Translations under genes and position numbers: made by a program
DNA from: Ramazzottius varieornatus
Taxonomy: Eukaryota; Animalia; Tardigrada
DNA: 64,000 nt
Assembly: GCA_001949185.1 (NCBI GenBank)
Contig: BDGG01000001.1
Span: forward strand, 6,547,591-6,611,590
Reading direction: 5' to 3'
The notes under the pieces: generated by a model
Databases searched by the model: none
The model's input: only the letters and a program-made list of their open reading frames with translations
Told to the model about the DNA's origin: nothing
Part shown: positions 46,901-61,186 of the stretch, one piece after another
Layout of the letters: the number at the start of each line of letters is the position of its first letter
How positions within the stretch are numbered: the stretch's first letter is position 1

Positions 46901-49325
46901 TGACATATTCCGCTCGGAATCTTCTTCACGACCATATTCTGTAACGAACCAGTATCCATCTCCGTCAAAATTGCAACATCAGACCGATACCAAATTTCCA
47001 ATGAGCGAAGCCATAAACTGACCGGCCAGTCCGGGGCCGCTGAGCCAGCAGGGTGCATTCTATAGGCAAACTCCAGTTGAATATCCTCGGTGAACGGCGT
47101 ATCCGATACTTTCCTTGAGTTCACTTGGATGGTCGGAGACTTTGGCCAGACGGGCATGGGCGGAGGTGGTTCCTGCTCGGCCAGGCTATCATAGTCGCTC
47201 TTGTAGTTAATCTTCAATATCCTGACCCCCGTGTCAGCGTCCTGACCGACCACGTCGGCCGCGTCCTGGCCGACCAACGGGGCCAGCCAGCGATGTGGCG
47301 GACCCTTGGCTTTCTTGGGTGTGATGGCCGGCTGGGTCAGGCAGTAGGCTTGTCGGGCGGCGGGACGCGGATGTGGCTTGGCTCTCAGGGAGGAACCGAC
47401 GTTGGAGGCATCTACGGTGTCGAAGAGCGTGGAAGACTTTCCGTCATGGCTTTCGGTGCTGCTGCTTGACGAGCGACGCTACGGAACAGGAAAGAAAATA
47501 TGAGTGGTGAGGATAAGAGTCGTGGTGTGGGTTTGTTTAATAAGCGGGCCAAGTTCGACTTTAACGACTTGTAAAAGCTCACGATCAACAAGCGGGCACG
47601 ACTTTTGCGTGGTGCTTAAAAATAGTATGCTAATACAACCGGTTACCGCGGTGTATTGAATCATGTTGCTGCAGGAAAACATTTTCTCTTTAATCACTGA
47701 CGGACCTAAAATAGCTAGGTACACTTTTCCGCAAAACTCACGTGTCGAAGGTGTGTTTGAAGGCATGCGACTTGTATTCCAACAAAGCAAATCAAACTGA
47801 AGACCTATCATTATAACCGGTGCCGTCGGGGCATTTTCTTACCTCGGTAACGCCACCAAAGATATCCCGAACATCGCGCCACGAGTTTGGTGAGGTCCTG
47901 GCCGACTTTCTTCCGTTCTGTTGCACGGACAACGAGAAGCTACCTTTGCGTTGCGAAGTCTCGAGAATGTTGTCGTCATCGGTCGAAGTGGACGAGCGTG
48001 TTGGACCTGCAGGTGGAAAGCCAACATTACACCAACCACTTACTGTTTTTGGTTCTTTGCACGAGTCGCATCAACAGCATTCCACACCTGTGGTGACAAG
48101 CAATACATACCTTCAAGTTGTAACTTCTGGCCCGCGGTCTTGGACATGCTGTTTTGGAGTTGGGCCAACCGGCGTTTGATCGTGTCTGTTTGCGACTTGG
48201 TCAGGGTTTGCCGGATCTGTGCATTGCGGGAAGTCTCCTCGATCGAGGCCGAACCTAAAAAAATCGCAAAACTGAAAACTTTTTCTTAAACGAAAAACAT
48301 TGGGAGGGAATATTTTTGTGATTTGATAAATTTGGCTCGTCCGGATATCCTGGTTTGATACTGTAATTTAATTGTGTTGGTTACGTGAACATACTGTCCA
48401 AAATGTTGGCAAGAAGGGAGTCGAGTCCGGCCAATTTGAACCACTCGAGTTCTTGTTGAGTCGTGACAGAGACGGCTTCGTCCTTTTCGTCGTCATCTTC
48501 GCGATCGTACAGAAGCTCCTCGTCACAGTCGGGCGAGTCGCGCAAACTTTCGCTGCCGCCAACGCCTTCATGGCCACCTTCAAACAGACAAAAACACATC
48601 ATTTGTTGCTCAAGCTACCGCTCATTATGAATTCATGACAAGCCATTGAGGAGAGTGTGGTAAGTAAACTGGGAAAAAACATGTCGTCAGTCAGGCGGGA
48701 CAGTCAAGAACCCCTTCGAGCAAATCCGTTTATTAGACAACAGCCAATCAAGTCTTTTACGCCAGTCCAATCAGTCGTAAGACACCACGGGCGGACTCGA
48801 AGTTTCATTCAACCATCAAAACTTTTCATTCATCCCAGTTTGCTGATAGTGTAGTTCATCCGATCAGTCAACCGATCAATTAACATGCCAAGAAAAAGGT
48901 ACTCGTCGTTTTAGCAATCAGCTTCGGTATTTTTATCGTTGTGTAAAGCTTTCGAGCCAGAAAGACTTGGAAGATTTGGAAAAGTGAGCTGCTGGAAGCT
49001 TACCATCTTTACGGGGATAATCCGGGGAGGTATTGAGCGAGTCAAGAGACTTTTTACTATCCATTATATTCCAATCTTTGGTGTCATAATCCGATGAAGA
49101 GGAGTTGAGGGAGTCGAAGCTATTTGGTCGTCGATGGTACCGTTGTGGTTGAAAGTATTTCCCCGAGCAATGTACCTCATTTTTCATACTGGAATTAATC
49201 ACCCGGTCTCCCCCAAAACCTTTGCTGCTGGTGATAAGGTCCATTGAGTGAAAATGTGACGTGAGATTATGATACGTCGTGCTCATATGCTGAAAGTCCA
49301 TCACCAGTGCGGTATCATCCGCCAT
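43941..49325 (-). CDS. Rho GTPase-activating protein, ARHGAP18/28/40 (conundrum) family; multi-exon, 5' exon tentative
   Basis: ELEWFKLAGL, GVFGSSLERL, EEGVLRICG (arginine finger, ~46071-46153), HDIACMAKQFLRELPQPLLT, NKMSSSNVAMIITPNLF, C-terminal GGNIG|MRKLD..NPNACWVVR; stop at 43941-43943. Confidence 0.9.
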
Positions 49326-52300
49326 GTGTAAATACAAAGGGGCGAACAGCCAGAAAAATGCCGCCTGACGAGCGTGCAGACTCTTTTGGTACACCTGGGC
49401 CAAGGTACAAACCCACACTCTACACTCGATTCATAATTGTCGGGCGCACGTCGCCTGATAACGACGAATTTTTCATTGTGTCACGGCGAACCAGATAAGC
49501 GCGATTCGGAAAGCAAGCACGAGCGCCGGCAAACAGTAGTTGTGGTTGCTAGCTTGAGTTCGCTCCGTTCAGCTAGGGATGGTTTGCTTGCGTGTCTGTA
49601 ATGATATTAGGCTTCCGGGTCAGTTGACTCATCCAGAATGGCAGCAAATGGTCTCACCTACGAAGACATAAGACTTGTAAAATCAGCACATTCGCCTTGT
49701 TACACTTTTCCGGCAATTGTGTAAAAGGATCGTCGTTCACACTCCACTTCTACGCAACAATGTCATACTGTCGTGTTGACAAAGTGACAACACCCGCAAA
49801 AGTCAAATTCCTACTCAACATCAGCTCAGCCCCGCCCGTTTTGAGAAAATGGTCAGATTGTGAAAAACGAATCAAAATGAACCGTAAAAAAAGGCCGAAA
49901 TCTGTGACACTGTGGTAGTGATCAGAGTCCCACACGGTGGCTGTTCAGCTTATCAAGGGCCGGAAACTGACATGTTTTGGCCACTTGAAAAATGGCAAGA
50001 ATTAGAACAATGAACTGTGTATGCACAGATATAACCTCCAGCTGGTGGTGAGGACAGAGACGAGCTATTTTCTTACAGGTGTGTCAGAATGCAGATCAGC
50101 ATGCGATCCCGGAAACACATCTCAAGTTTAACGCAACAGATCGCCTGACGTCATCCTGTGGGCAAACATCCGCAAAAGCGACACGTGACATATTTCCTGG
50201 GGTATTCAGTAACGTCCAGATTAAGCACGGTACGGGCCTTAACCCCTTTTCTTTTCAGCAAATTACTTTACGAGAAACATGCTGGTCCAGCAAAAGCATG
50301 CAAAAGATTGGCAACAAAGAAAAGCCTGTATGTACACTATCGAATAATCATGCCAGAGCTTCATTCACTTGCTCGACGTCGAACAAACGAGTCTCATGTC
50401 AAACCAGGTAACGGTCAAAGCTGCCCACAGGGATAATAACACACTCGTCAACCTTGAAAACGGAGCGTGCCAATAGAAAATCGATGCATTGTACTTAGTC
50501 CCGCCTTTCAACCAATAGCTGCTTCTTGGTTTTCAATTGTCGACTTCAGACTGGTTGGAGCAATTCGCTGCCACCTGCACGTGCAGTCGCTCTATAGATT
50601 TCACCGGTGTCCGGAACGCAGCAAGACAAGTGCGTGCTTGGACGTTAGTTCGTGTTATCTGCTGACAGGAAGGCACCGTAGAAGGGCTGAATAGCTGGGA
50701 GGAAGCAGCAAGTGCACGCTGCACGTGTGATTGTCAGGCAGCTTGCAGGTAACGTCTGGTTGAAGTGGATCCGGAATAACTGTTGATAGAAAGAGAGAGC
50801 AAAGAGGAAATATGAAAAGTATAAAGGGCAAGAGTAAGAGAGAGGAAGCCGAGGATAAGTTGTCAGGTAGCCAGTGGCTACTCGAACGGTAAAGTGTACA
50901 AAGCAACCTTCGCTTCCATCTGACCTGCCACTCTTCTTTCTGCTTCAACCTACAGCTAATATCCGAAGACGCGAGAGATCACCTCTCGTTTCTCGCAGAG
51001 TTTCCCAGACTTTTCATGCACCGCTTTGTCAATCAAACTTTGCTCTATCCATCAGTGAGGTCCAAAAATTGGCTCTGACAGAAACATCGACCATCAGTGG
51101 CAGATCTACATTGCTTAGCGGTCAGAAGTACCGTGCACTTTGGCAGCCTATTAGCCACGTTAACGACTGGACAAGCAGCTTCTGAAACCTCAACAAAGTC
51201 TTCTCCAACCAGTTCACATTTGAAATTTAAGACGAGCACTTTAAGACCCAAGCGAGAAAGTAATATGGTCAGCGCTGCGATAATGAAGGAATGTGGTCTT
51301 GTGAAACAAGGGTGGTCAGAAGTTTACTCAACGTTATCGGCTTTCTATCTGATCATGACGAAGGACTCTTTCTGTTCATTGCGAAGAGCAATTTGCACGA
51401 GTTTATCACACAGCGCATTACCAACACTACAATGCCATAGTAAAACAAAAAGATCAGACTCGAGAGCAAATATGCAGGAAGAATGCCCCAATGAAGTCAT
51501 CAGCGAACTGCATCATGAGAAATATTTTCACAGGTCTATGCAAACCAGCCTTTTGTTCCTTGTCCATTACATTGATCAAACAGCATCTGACCTCTGACCA
51601 ACACCCCTCCCACTGCCCTCCGGTTCCCGAACCCTACCGCCAAATCCAGAAATGATCTCATCGTCGAAGGCGCTTAGCCTTGATTAGGTCCCGCTTAATT
51701 ATCAAGTGTGGCCTTGTCGAAGGGAAGCGATTACTGAGCCGCTCTTTACGAAGAACGAAACAGGTCAACCGTGAAGATGTTTCGTTGTAAAGATCTGTCT
51801 AGATGGTCGCATGTCCATCACAAGTTGGTGCTCATCATGAGCGTCGCGTCGTCTTTTTGGCGTGGGATACTATCTGGTCTTACAAAAACAAGCCCATTAT
51901 GCCTTTTCATCAAGGGCGTTTCTCAACTCAGCAAGACTCTTTTCAGCTCTCCGTCTGCAACTGCCGACCATGTCAGTTTTGGTGAGAGGCTAGGGGGATA
52001 TCAGACGACACTTTGCTCTTTTTCTTCTCCACCGAACAACCACTATGTCTTTGTCCACGATCAAGAAAGTCTATACCGGCTCGTTGCTCTGGCGGTAGCA
52101 TTGTGATTCTGAATCATATGCAAAAGCGTTCCGCCTGTGACTGTCGGCTTCAGTGTAGTTACCGAAGATTAATGGAGCTTTTTTGTTTATCCGAGCGTGA
52201 AGTTTTGCATATATTATCGATAAATAAAGTTTATGCTTGTCATAACTATCGTTCGGTCACTGAGGTTGATCTAGTGAAATAATCTGAGGTAACGCTTTCC

Positions 52301-55300
52301 TACTCGAATTCGAATGCCGCACAGAAGCGAACTTGTCGATCGTTCGATTACACTCCTTTACTTCCTCGTCTGCAAACAAGACTTATTTTCAGAAGGTGGT
52401 ATTCAAATCGAACTGATCGTTGAAGAACAACAACTGAGACGTTTAATTACCATTGTCGAGGAAGAATGTACGGATAGAAAGAACAGCCTTGAGGCGCCAA
52501 GGCGGAAAAGACAAGGTGGTACTGTATGTAGCTGCTATCTGAAAAGTCTCTTCATTAATGAGACGGCCCGTCGCCTCAAATATCATCAAACAATGTCGCA
52601 CGGTGCTGTACGGCTTCCTGCGTACCTTAAACGAATAACAATGGAATGTTTTCCCGGTCAGTTCCAAGTATTGAAAGAATAGCCCGAGGACCGGTGTTAC
52701 AAAATACCAAGTCAAAGAGATCTACGAAGCCCTGTCCTGTTGTTCAGAACGCTCGACACTGTACATTGAAACAAAGCAAACCGACTTTAGGATCAGTTTC
52801 AGGGTCTGTGTGCGTTCGCCGTCAAGTCAAAGCTGGAGGTGGTCTTCGCATAATGGTGGCAATGGTGGCCGTAAACGAGTGTTAATTTATTCTGCTGTCA
52901 AATGATGCAAGTTTTTGTTTCGGAATTACAAAACCAAAACCGCATTGTCAAAGCCGTGTATCACAGTGATGAAAAATGCGACAGGTAGTTCGGGACTCGA
53001 GCTAATTGTCGCATTCGCCAGGCGCCAGTGATGGCGGTCAGGAAGTCGACTGCATTATCAAACTCCTCGAGTGTGATGCCGCAGTCTGCTGCAAAAAATT
53101 CGGTGTCCATTGGAATAAAATTTGGAACTTTGAGCGTCAGGAACGTTCTCCGAAATCCCACGTTTGCCTCTTCAGACTATATTCCATGAATACTGTAGAC
53201 ACCTGAAGGCGCACCACATTGTGGTCCTTTACCACTGTATTCTTTGAAGTTCTTCGCAATATCGAGGTCTCTTAAATCCCCCCCGCCCCCCACCCCCACG
53301 TTCTTGGCCAAATGCAGTCAAAGTAGCAAAGTCCGCCGTAAATTTGACCAGTTCAGCTTGGGCGATCGAGTCTCCATCAATGACGCAACAACATCATCAA
53401 CCTGACAACCATCAGCTACAATTTTACGCTTCATTCCGCGCAAGTAGGTATTAGGTCTCACGGATTACGTGGATATTAGGGTCTGTACGGTTAATGTTTA
53501 TTGATGTAGCAGTATCAATTTCGAAGGCCGTTACAGAAACCAGATGCTATACTACCCATTCGGCGTCCTGTCATTCTGCCACTTTCGCGAAAGCTGTGGC
53601 GTTCCGCTACGCGGAGCTTCCTTCTACCCAATGTGAGTTACTCGAATACATTTCCGGGCCTTCGCTTCTTCGCTCCTCCCGTACGTACACATAGCCATGA
53701 ATTACAATTGACGATAAGCACAGACCCATTAATGGCGCCGGCATGTTCCGGACATTATCATGCATTTGCCATTGGTAATTAGAGGTTTGCTTTGTGAAGT
53801 GAAGAGCCGATGAGCATCGAAGCATATCCCCAAATTCAAATTCCCCTGTCTGTTTACACATATCGATACCATCACCGTGAGCCCCAACCAGGAAGTTATC
53901 GTTAGAGGACCTACTGAATCTTTGATGGGTAAGCGGGCTTCTTGAAACGTAAGCAGGGTAATTGGTTGGGAGAAAGGGTTCTTTAGCCACAAAAGAAAAC
54001 AACGAGTGGGTTAATTGATCTTTTTGTTCGTGTCCAAAGGTCCCAAGAGGTGTTTATCTGCGCCATGTTTAGGTGAGCGTTCAGCTCAAAACCAACAAGT
54101 GAAACTGTAGCATTCTCACGCCGTCTTGACTCGCTCAACACCGATCAGTCTATGCTCTGATTTCGTATTCAAGAAGAGAACAACAAGCGACCGGAATCGC
54201 CTCAGTTCTTCATCATTTGATGGGATCTGACAGATGGACGAATAAAAAACGATATGATGAAACCGTGTCGAATCTACCTGGAAGCCACCATCAACGTCAG
54301 CCCATCACTATGAATATATATCGCAACAGATCAGTGGTAATTTGCTGCTGCCCAAATACCCTCCTATCGTTACGACTACAGATATACCAATAAAATTAAT
54401 TAACCTCGACATGAAGCATCTGACCCACTTCCCATCCATGATATAAACCAAATAATAATATTTTATCACGCCCCTTCGATCTTTATGAATAAAAGATCGG
54501 ACCTTCGAACATCGAGTACTCTTTATCAGATGAGACACATTTTGCTTGTTTCCACATCATTGGTGTTAGTCAATCTACATATTTGAATCGCTCCATAAAT
54601 AAACAAGGTTACCTTTCAGATATGAATGTCCATCAAAATCAAAATACAGGTGATGATAAGAATGACGTCATTCGTAGGGGAAAAAACAACTGAGGTTCTG
54701 CATCAAAGCGCGTCCTTCGTTTTTTGTTCGGTGTTGCTAGAGTCAAGGAACTGTTTTCTTCTTTTTTCCTCATGCTGTTTTTACAACGTGTTATCGATCA
54801 ACCAAAACAGTATTACCGTATGAGTGATCAAAAATTATAGGGAAGTTTGTGGCTGACTGCACAATTGTTGACACCTGTTGATTGAAGTGCGGTAACGTCT
54901 ACCTTGGTTGTTTTTTCTACGCCATAAATCTGTTGACTGATGAGGATCTTGGAAGAAAAAGCCTAAACGGGGATCCTCATGATCAGTATGATCGACTTGT
55001 AGGTGAACACACAGGTGTTTTCTGCGGAGACAGTTGGCGTAAACGACCATATCAGCCGACGTATGTTTGATCAAACACGGAAATGGACGACACTTCACAG
55101 CGGGCACTGTAGCCACAATGTCTTCCGCAGAACGAACTACATATTCATAACGAACAATATTCAGCCATATCATAAATCAACATTGAAGAAAAGTGAATCG
55201 AGAGCGCCTTTCGCCCAACAATTGGTCGGTAATGTTCGTTTGTGCGGTGCAAACGACAGGCTCTAATAAGCCGTGTTTATGCGTGTTAGCCTAGCTGTGC

Positions 55301-57403
55301 CACACGCGGTATTGTTCCACTGTGACCACAATACGGTAATCAGCGCCGGAAGAACCATCTAATTTCTTGCTGCTCTAAAAATCCGTAAAGGACACGACCG
55401 TAAACATCACACTGCTGAATACACACACGGCCACACTGTATGTATTCAGAAATGCTCAGCTTGGTGAACAGCATCGAGTTCATCACCACAGAAAATTCAT
55501 TCCGCGGAACCTACGATATCGAACCGTACCTGGACGCAAACATGAACGTAGCATGTAACGAAAGCTAGCGATTCAAACGTGGTCGAGAAGTTCACAATAT
55601 TGATTCCCATACAGTAACCGTTCCAAACATGATGGGCACTATTGGCTGAGGTGTGTTTCGAGAAGCTTCCAAATTTATAAAGTTCTTGCCAAGTCAAACA
55701 AGGTATACCGGAGCAAAGTCAAATACACGATTACTAAACGCAGCGACAATCCGATGTTTTGGTCAGACCACAAACGTCAAGATAAATATTGGATCGAACA
55801 GAGGAATATCGGTTTCTTGAATCACCGGTTTCCGCAGTGGATGAAAGGGAGGTTGCTCGCTGGTCGCAATCGCTGAAACTTTACAGATCTTCGGAAGCCG
55901 ATCACAAGAAGCGAAACTCATTTGCCGAAAAGGCACGTTGCGAGGTTTGCATTTGCGATCGTAAAACTGTTGCACATTGAACCATAATTCTCTCGGTCAC
56001 CCATAAAGCCACCATTCGCATCAAAAGACAAATTACTCGAGGTACGTACCGTATATTGTAAACATAAACGCCAAAAGAACGGTGTTCTTAATAGCCACAA
56101 AGCAATTTTCCGATAAAGTCGCGTACGAAGAAGTTCCTCGATCGGCGGCACATAAACAGATTCCGGCAAATGCGGTAGCAATGAATATAATGAATAATCC
56201 CGTGGTTAGAGAGTACCCACAAAGACTGTCCTTATTCGAGGAAGATTTGACTTGCTCGAGAGAGGAGTAAAGGAGATGTTTGTGGCTACAAAAGCGAAAA
56301 GTGTATGGCGCCACTTGGAAGAAGCTTGGCCAAGCTTAGCCTGAGAGCTGCTTCAGTCAGCAGCGGTAGAGTAAACAAGGTTGTTGAGGATAGCATACAA
56401 AACAAAGTTCCACCCACTCTGACTACCGTGTGAACACCCAGGTGAACTCGCGCAGTCTGCTCTATAGCCTATACCAAAGTTAATTGTATGTGCAACAAGT
56501 GCGCAAAGCCATCTGGGTCACAGTTCCAGTTCCTCAGACCGCTATTCAGAAGGAGCAACCTCACGTAAGGACTGCATTGCTGTCATATAGCTATACGAAA
56601 AGGCAGACTCACAGTGTTTCACAGTTTTTTCTGGAATAGGCAGTGGAGCATACTGTGTGCACTATTAGATAATGGGCGCGCATTATGGGATTCACGTGCA
56701 TGACGTCAAATCTGCTGTCCAATCAGAGCGAGACCGTGAAGCCGGTATTGTACGCTGCATTTCCGTATAGCTATAGCCTGCTGTCATGACTCGGTACTTC
56801 CTCAATGCGCTCCAGGCATTGCCAAGCACTACTGCGGGGTACCTCTTGGCTAAACCGCGGACAGCCCTTGCGAATCATCGCGATCAGCGTGAACACTGGT
56901 ATTCCCTTGTATCGAGTGGTAAAATTAAAAAATCACCATGCTGTCTGCCATGCCCGACGGTACTGCCGACACACTGCGCTTCTTCCAAAACTGGATAGTC
57001 AAGATCGCACTCATTCGGGTTTCACGATTTTGACTACGCTGCAAAATGTGGCCAACTATAGTGTTCCGGCTGACCAGAGTATATACTCCCTTTCTAATAT
57101 CAGCAGAACAGGATGTCTGACTATTTGGCAAAAGATTTGTATAAAATGTGTTCTGCTCAGTATTCAGAATATTGTAAAGTGTGCAGATTTTACGGCGGTT
57201 CCAGGTACATCTTTACTCCCTTAGAACCGGTTGTCAACTGGAAAATCATGCATCTGAAAATGTGTCAGAGAAATTCGTGACGCAATACATGGTGTTATTT
57301 TGATTAGCTCAAATCATGCGAACCTTTGCTTTTGTATTGCATAAAAGTTAGCTACACTAAAGTCCTTCAACTCTACTCTAACACTGATAAACATTGACAG
57401 TCT

Positions 57404-59622
57404 TCAAATCGATTTCTTCCAAGCGTGCAATAACTTGCTCTTGTGTGACAGAGCTGAATCGTAGTTTACTGTAGGCTGTTTGGACGTTTCGCTCTGCTGC
57501 AGATTTTCCAGTTTCAATGTGAAGCCCCACTCAGCGCCATCTGGCAAATCTTGCTGACGCGGTATGGTCACTATCAGCTCGCCGGTGAATAAAGTATCCC
57601 ACTCCACGTCGTTCTCGCATCCGACAATGGAAACCTTCGTTGAGTTCGATATTTTGGGACACCCAAGTACGATGAAGTCCTTGGCAAGACTATTTAGTAT
57701 GATGGCGTAGACAGTGAGAGATTTTCCGTTGGTTTTACTTGTGTACCTGAAAGTGGAAATCAAAAACTGTAGTGCCGTTTCGGAATGAACCAACTGGAGG
57801 TGGTCTGTTTACCAAACGTTTGGGGTTGTGGAGTCGTTTTGAGCAGTGGGCCACGGCTGAGTTTTATAGATCGCTTCCCCGTTGACGCCTAGCCATTTAC
57901 CGATCTGTAGAAGGCGCTCTTCAAATATGGGCGGAATAATGCCATCGGAAGTGGGTCCGACGTTCAACAAGAGATTTCCCCCATAGCTACAATGACAAAA
58001 CACTTCCGGGTCCTCTGTAGGAAGACCATTGTCAACGGACAAAAGTAAAGGTACCTGACTGTGGTAACCAGAGAAGTGATTAGTGTTTCGATGGGTAGAA
58101 TCTGTGACATCATCATGTTCCGTCGGTATCCCCAACTGTATGAGTCGATGGTCATACAGTCTTCCCATTTATTGTTCAGCAGGTGACCTAAAAGTAACTT
58201 CTTGCCAATATTTAGACATCCGGTCAGACGTCAGACCGGTTCATAAATGAGCCTAATGGAGAGGTGCGCTTACTCGGGGTGTAACGATCATCACAAGTGA
58301 GGAACCCCCCATGCTTACACATGGCATCGTCGCCCCATCGATCATTTGTTACGACCGTAATCTTCACCGGGCTAGGGAAAAAACATAGCTCATCTGATGA
58401 AAACAACATTCGTGGCAAAGGCAGTTTTGGGATGACTTATCCCAACGGACACGACTTACGAATCGTTATACAGCCATGCGAGAAACTGTGTGCTGTTCCA
58501 GTACTTGGAGCTACCGGGTGCGCCATCTGACCAGATGATTTCCGGCTTGTACTTGTTGACGATATCGTACAGTTCCGGTAACGTCTTTGTCTGCCGAAGT
58601 GATATAACAACTATCAATATCCCGGTCGCAAGAAGGAAGTACTCGTACAGTACCTGGTGGTGTGTAAGGATGGGCAATAAACGACTTACCGCAACGTATT
58701 CCTGTGTGGTGTAGTTGTTAGCAGCGTCACTTTTGAACATTGGATTAAACCATTCAAACATGGAGTGGTAGAGCCCGAAGCGGAGCTTGGTGGTGGAGCG
58801 GACTGCATCGGCCAGTTCTCCGACGAGATCTCGGTGAGGGCCCACATCCATTGCGTTCCAGTTCCACGAAACACTGGACGGCCACATCGTGTACCCTTCA
58901 TGGTGTTTCGACGTCAGTACGATATACCTGTAATTGTTGGTCAATTTCAGACTACAAATATGAAATATCTAAAGGAAAAGGGAAGCTAAAAATATCTCCA
59001 GTAAAGGGAAACCAGAAGGGAATCCAAGAAGCGAACCTACTTGGCTCCAGAAGCCTCGAATGTCTTTGCCCAACGCTTGGGCTCGTAGAAAGTCGCTTTG
59101 AAGTGTGGGGCAAAGTCCGCATAGGTAAATCCGGGGCCGTAAGTGTTGTTGACAAAGGCGATAAAGTCTGGACGCTTTTCTCCCTGCCAGTACCACCAAA
59201 ACCTGAAAATAATCGACGGAAAAACGGAAACACTTCTCGACGATGTACTCCGGCAGACGTTTGCTTAATTCTTACCACTCGCTTCCGTATGAGGGAACAC
59301 TGAAAACTCCCCAGTGGATGAAAATCCCAAATTTGGCCTCATCGTACCAGGCTTAAACAAAACACCCCATTCCCTCACTTCGCTACGAGCGAGTGCCTTA
59401 TACTGAGTTGTGTCTATATATGTTTGACAATGACCTACCCGGAAGTGGACGAGAGTCAATGGACTCCCACGTCGGATCGTAGCGTACGCTTTTCGTTGCT
59501 GGAAGTTTCTCCTGATCGATATATCCGCTTGCAGAGATCTTGGTCTTTTGAAGAATTATACCGTCTGCAAATAGCGAAGCGTACAGAACCAAGGCTACCA
59601 TTAATAAAACTCTCCGCGCCAT
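57404..59622 (-). CDS. FUCA: Alpha-L-fucosidase (GH29), multi-exon
   Basis: Signal peptide, [79 protein letters not shown]. Confidence 0.95.
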
Positions 59623-59768
59623 GGGACGGCACGTCTCCTGTTACGGAGAACGATTCCTTCGTTATATAGGTATAGATTAAACACTGCGCTGCAATTTGCA
59701 AACAGTAGTCAAATTATTATGGATGGTGGAAAGTAGGGTAAATCTGATTACCTTTTTCTGTCCTTATT

Positions 59769-60167
59769 GTTGCCGCCGATACAGTGTGAGGCTATCACGT
59801 AATGCTCGCAGAGCTTAGTAATACAACCTTGCATGCGACTTGATACCCCATGTTATCCCATGTCAAACCACTTCAGGCATTGGTCTAACATGGGATTTTT
59901 GGGCACGAGCTGTCGTTGAGAAGCTGATTTTGTTCGTAAGTTTGTGTTTGAAGCCCTCTGCTGGACTTTGCCCAGTGAAGGGCAAAGTACAACATTAGTG
60001 GAGATAAGCTTGTGAATGGAATGTGACTGAGGAGAAGCGGAAGTAGGCCACACACGAAGGAGATAAGGCTATAGCATTGCATTCGGAGTCACAGGGAGTA
60101 ATTCAATGGTTGGGAACTTGGGATACGCGCTGCCATCATCCCAGTTCCCGTTTTCTTCCCTTTTAGC
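59769..60167 (+). repeat. Dispersed ~390-bp repeat, copy 2, just upstream of the fucosidase start
   Basis: Matches 6102-6492. Confidence 0.92.
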
Positions 60168-60923
60168 CAGTTATCGTTTGCTCGTCCGCGCTTCCAAGGT
60201 TTTCGAAGTGCAGCAGGTCTCCGGCGACTTGCCAGCACGAAAACAGGCCCAAACTATCTAATGTACCGTCTTTCGCCGCAGTCGTCTGGTCCTACTTATG
60301 GATTAGTCTACCTGGTTGCGGTTCGTTCTCATTCCGCAATAAGCTATCAATTTTCGGAACGTTTTGCCAGAGTGCGAGTAATGCATGCAAAGGCATAGGC
60401 TAGGCTCGCTACCATATCGTGCTGCGACACGCGGCTGTAGGAGAACCTCTTTGGGTACCTCGAGATTGCGAAGACCGACTTCGTTCTATTGATCGGCTAT
60501 CTCCGTTAAGACATCATACCACCTTTACCTTAGTAGCCGATGGCAGCAGGAAGAGCGCTTCCGGCGGAGACTCCAAGACCCGGTTCTGAGTTCGATTCAT
60601 CTCGAGTGACTAGTTCAATCAATGCTACTCTGGTGGACCAACTAACGGTAACTTCTAGTATAACCAGCTGGACACAACGGGGTCACAAACTTTACAGGTC
60701 CGCAGTTTCGTTCTGAGGTACCAATCTTTAAAGACTGCAGATCCGCAATTTTGAAATCCCAAAAGTTCCGTAATTGCAGAGTTGCTCCTCCCCTTAATAC
60801 GTCCTTGTATGGCTGAATGCCTTTTTCGAAGTGTTGACGTCACGAAAGTATACATTCCTTTCTGATTATTTCACTGTTCATTACGATAGATGTCGTGACG
60901 TCGGCCACCAGCTACTCACTGAG

Positions 60924-60978
60924 ACTGCCCAATCACTGCCCAATCACTGCCCAATCACTGCTCAATCACTGCTCAATC
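60924..60978 (+). repeat. 11-bp tandem repeat actgc(c/t)caatc x5 in the FUCA/CSN7 divergent promoter region
   Basis: Read directly; the first three units contain CCAAT. Confidence 0.85.
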
Positions 60979-61186
60979 AATGACACCGGTAATTGATTTG
61001 TCATTGAGTCAGCTGGTCTCACCTGCTCATTCTGCTGCCATTTTCGTTTTCATCAATACGCAGTGGTCCGTCCAGACTCCAGAATAACGTTGTCGTATGG
61101 CTCATTACTCTGTTGTCGCTCGACCATCATCTTTCCAGCTGCTCTTGCAGATCGCTCATGAGCCCCAAGGAAGACAGTGAAGCAGA

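Noticed and set aside
49500-57300. Many short ORFs between the RhoGAP and fucosidase genes
   Set aside because: No recognisable motifs or consistent exon chain; treated as intergenic or highly decayed sequence, though a divergent gene cannot be excluded.
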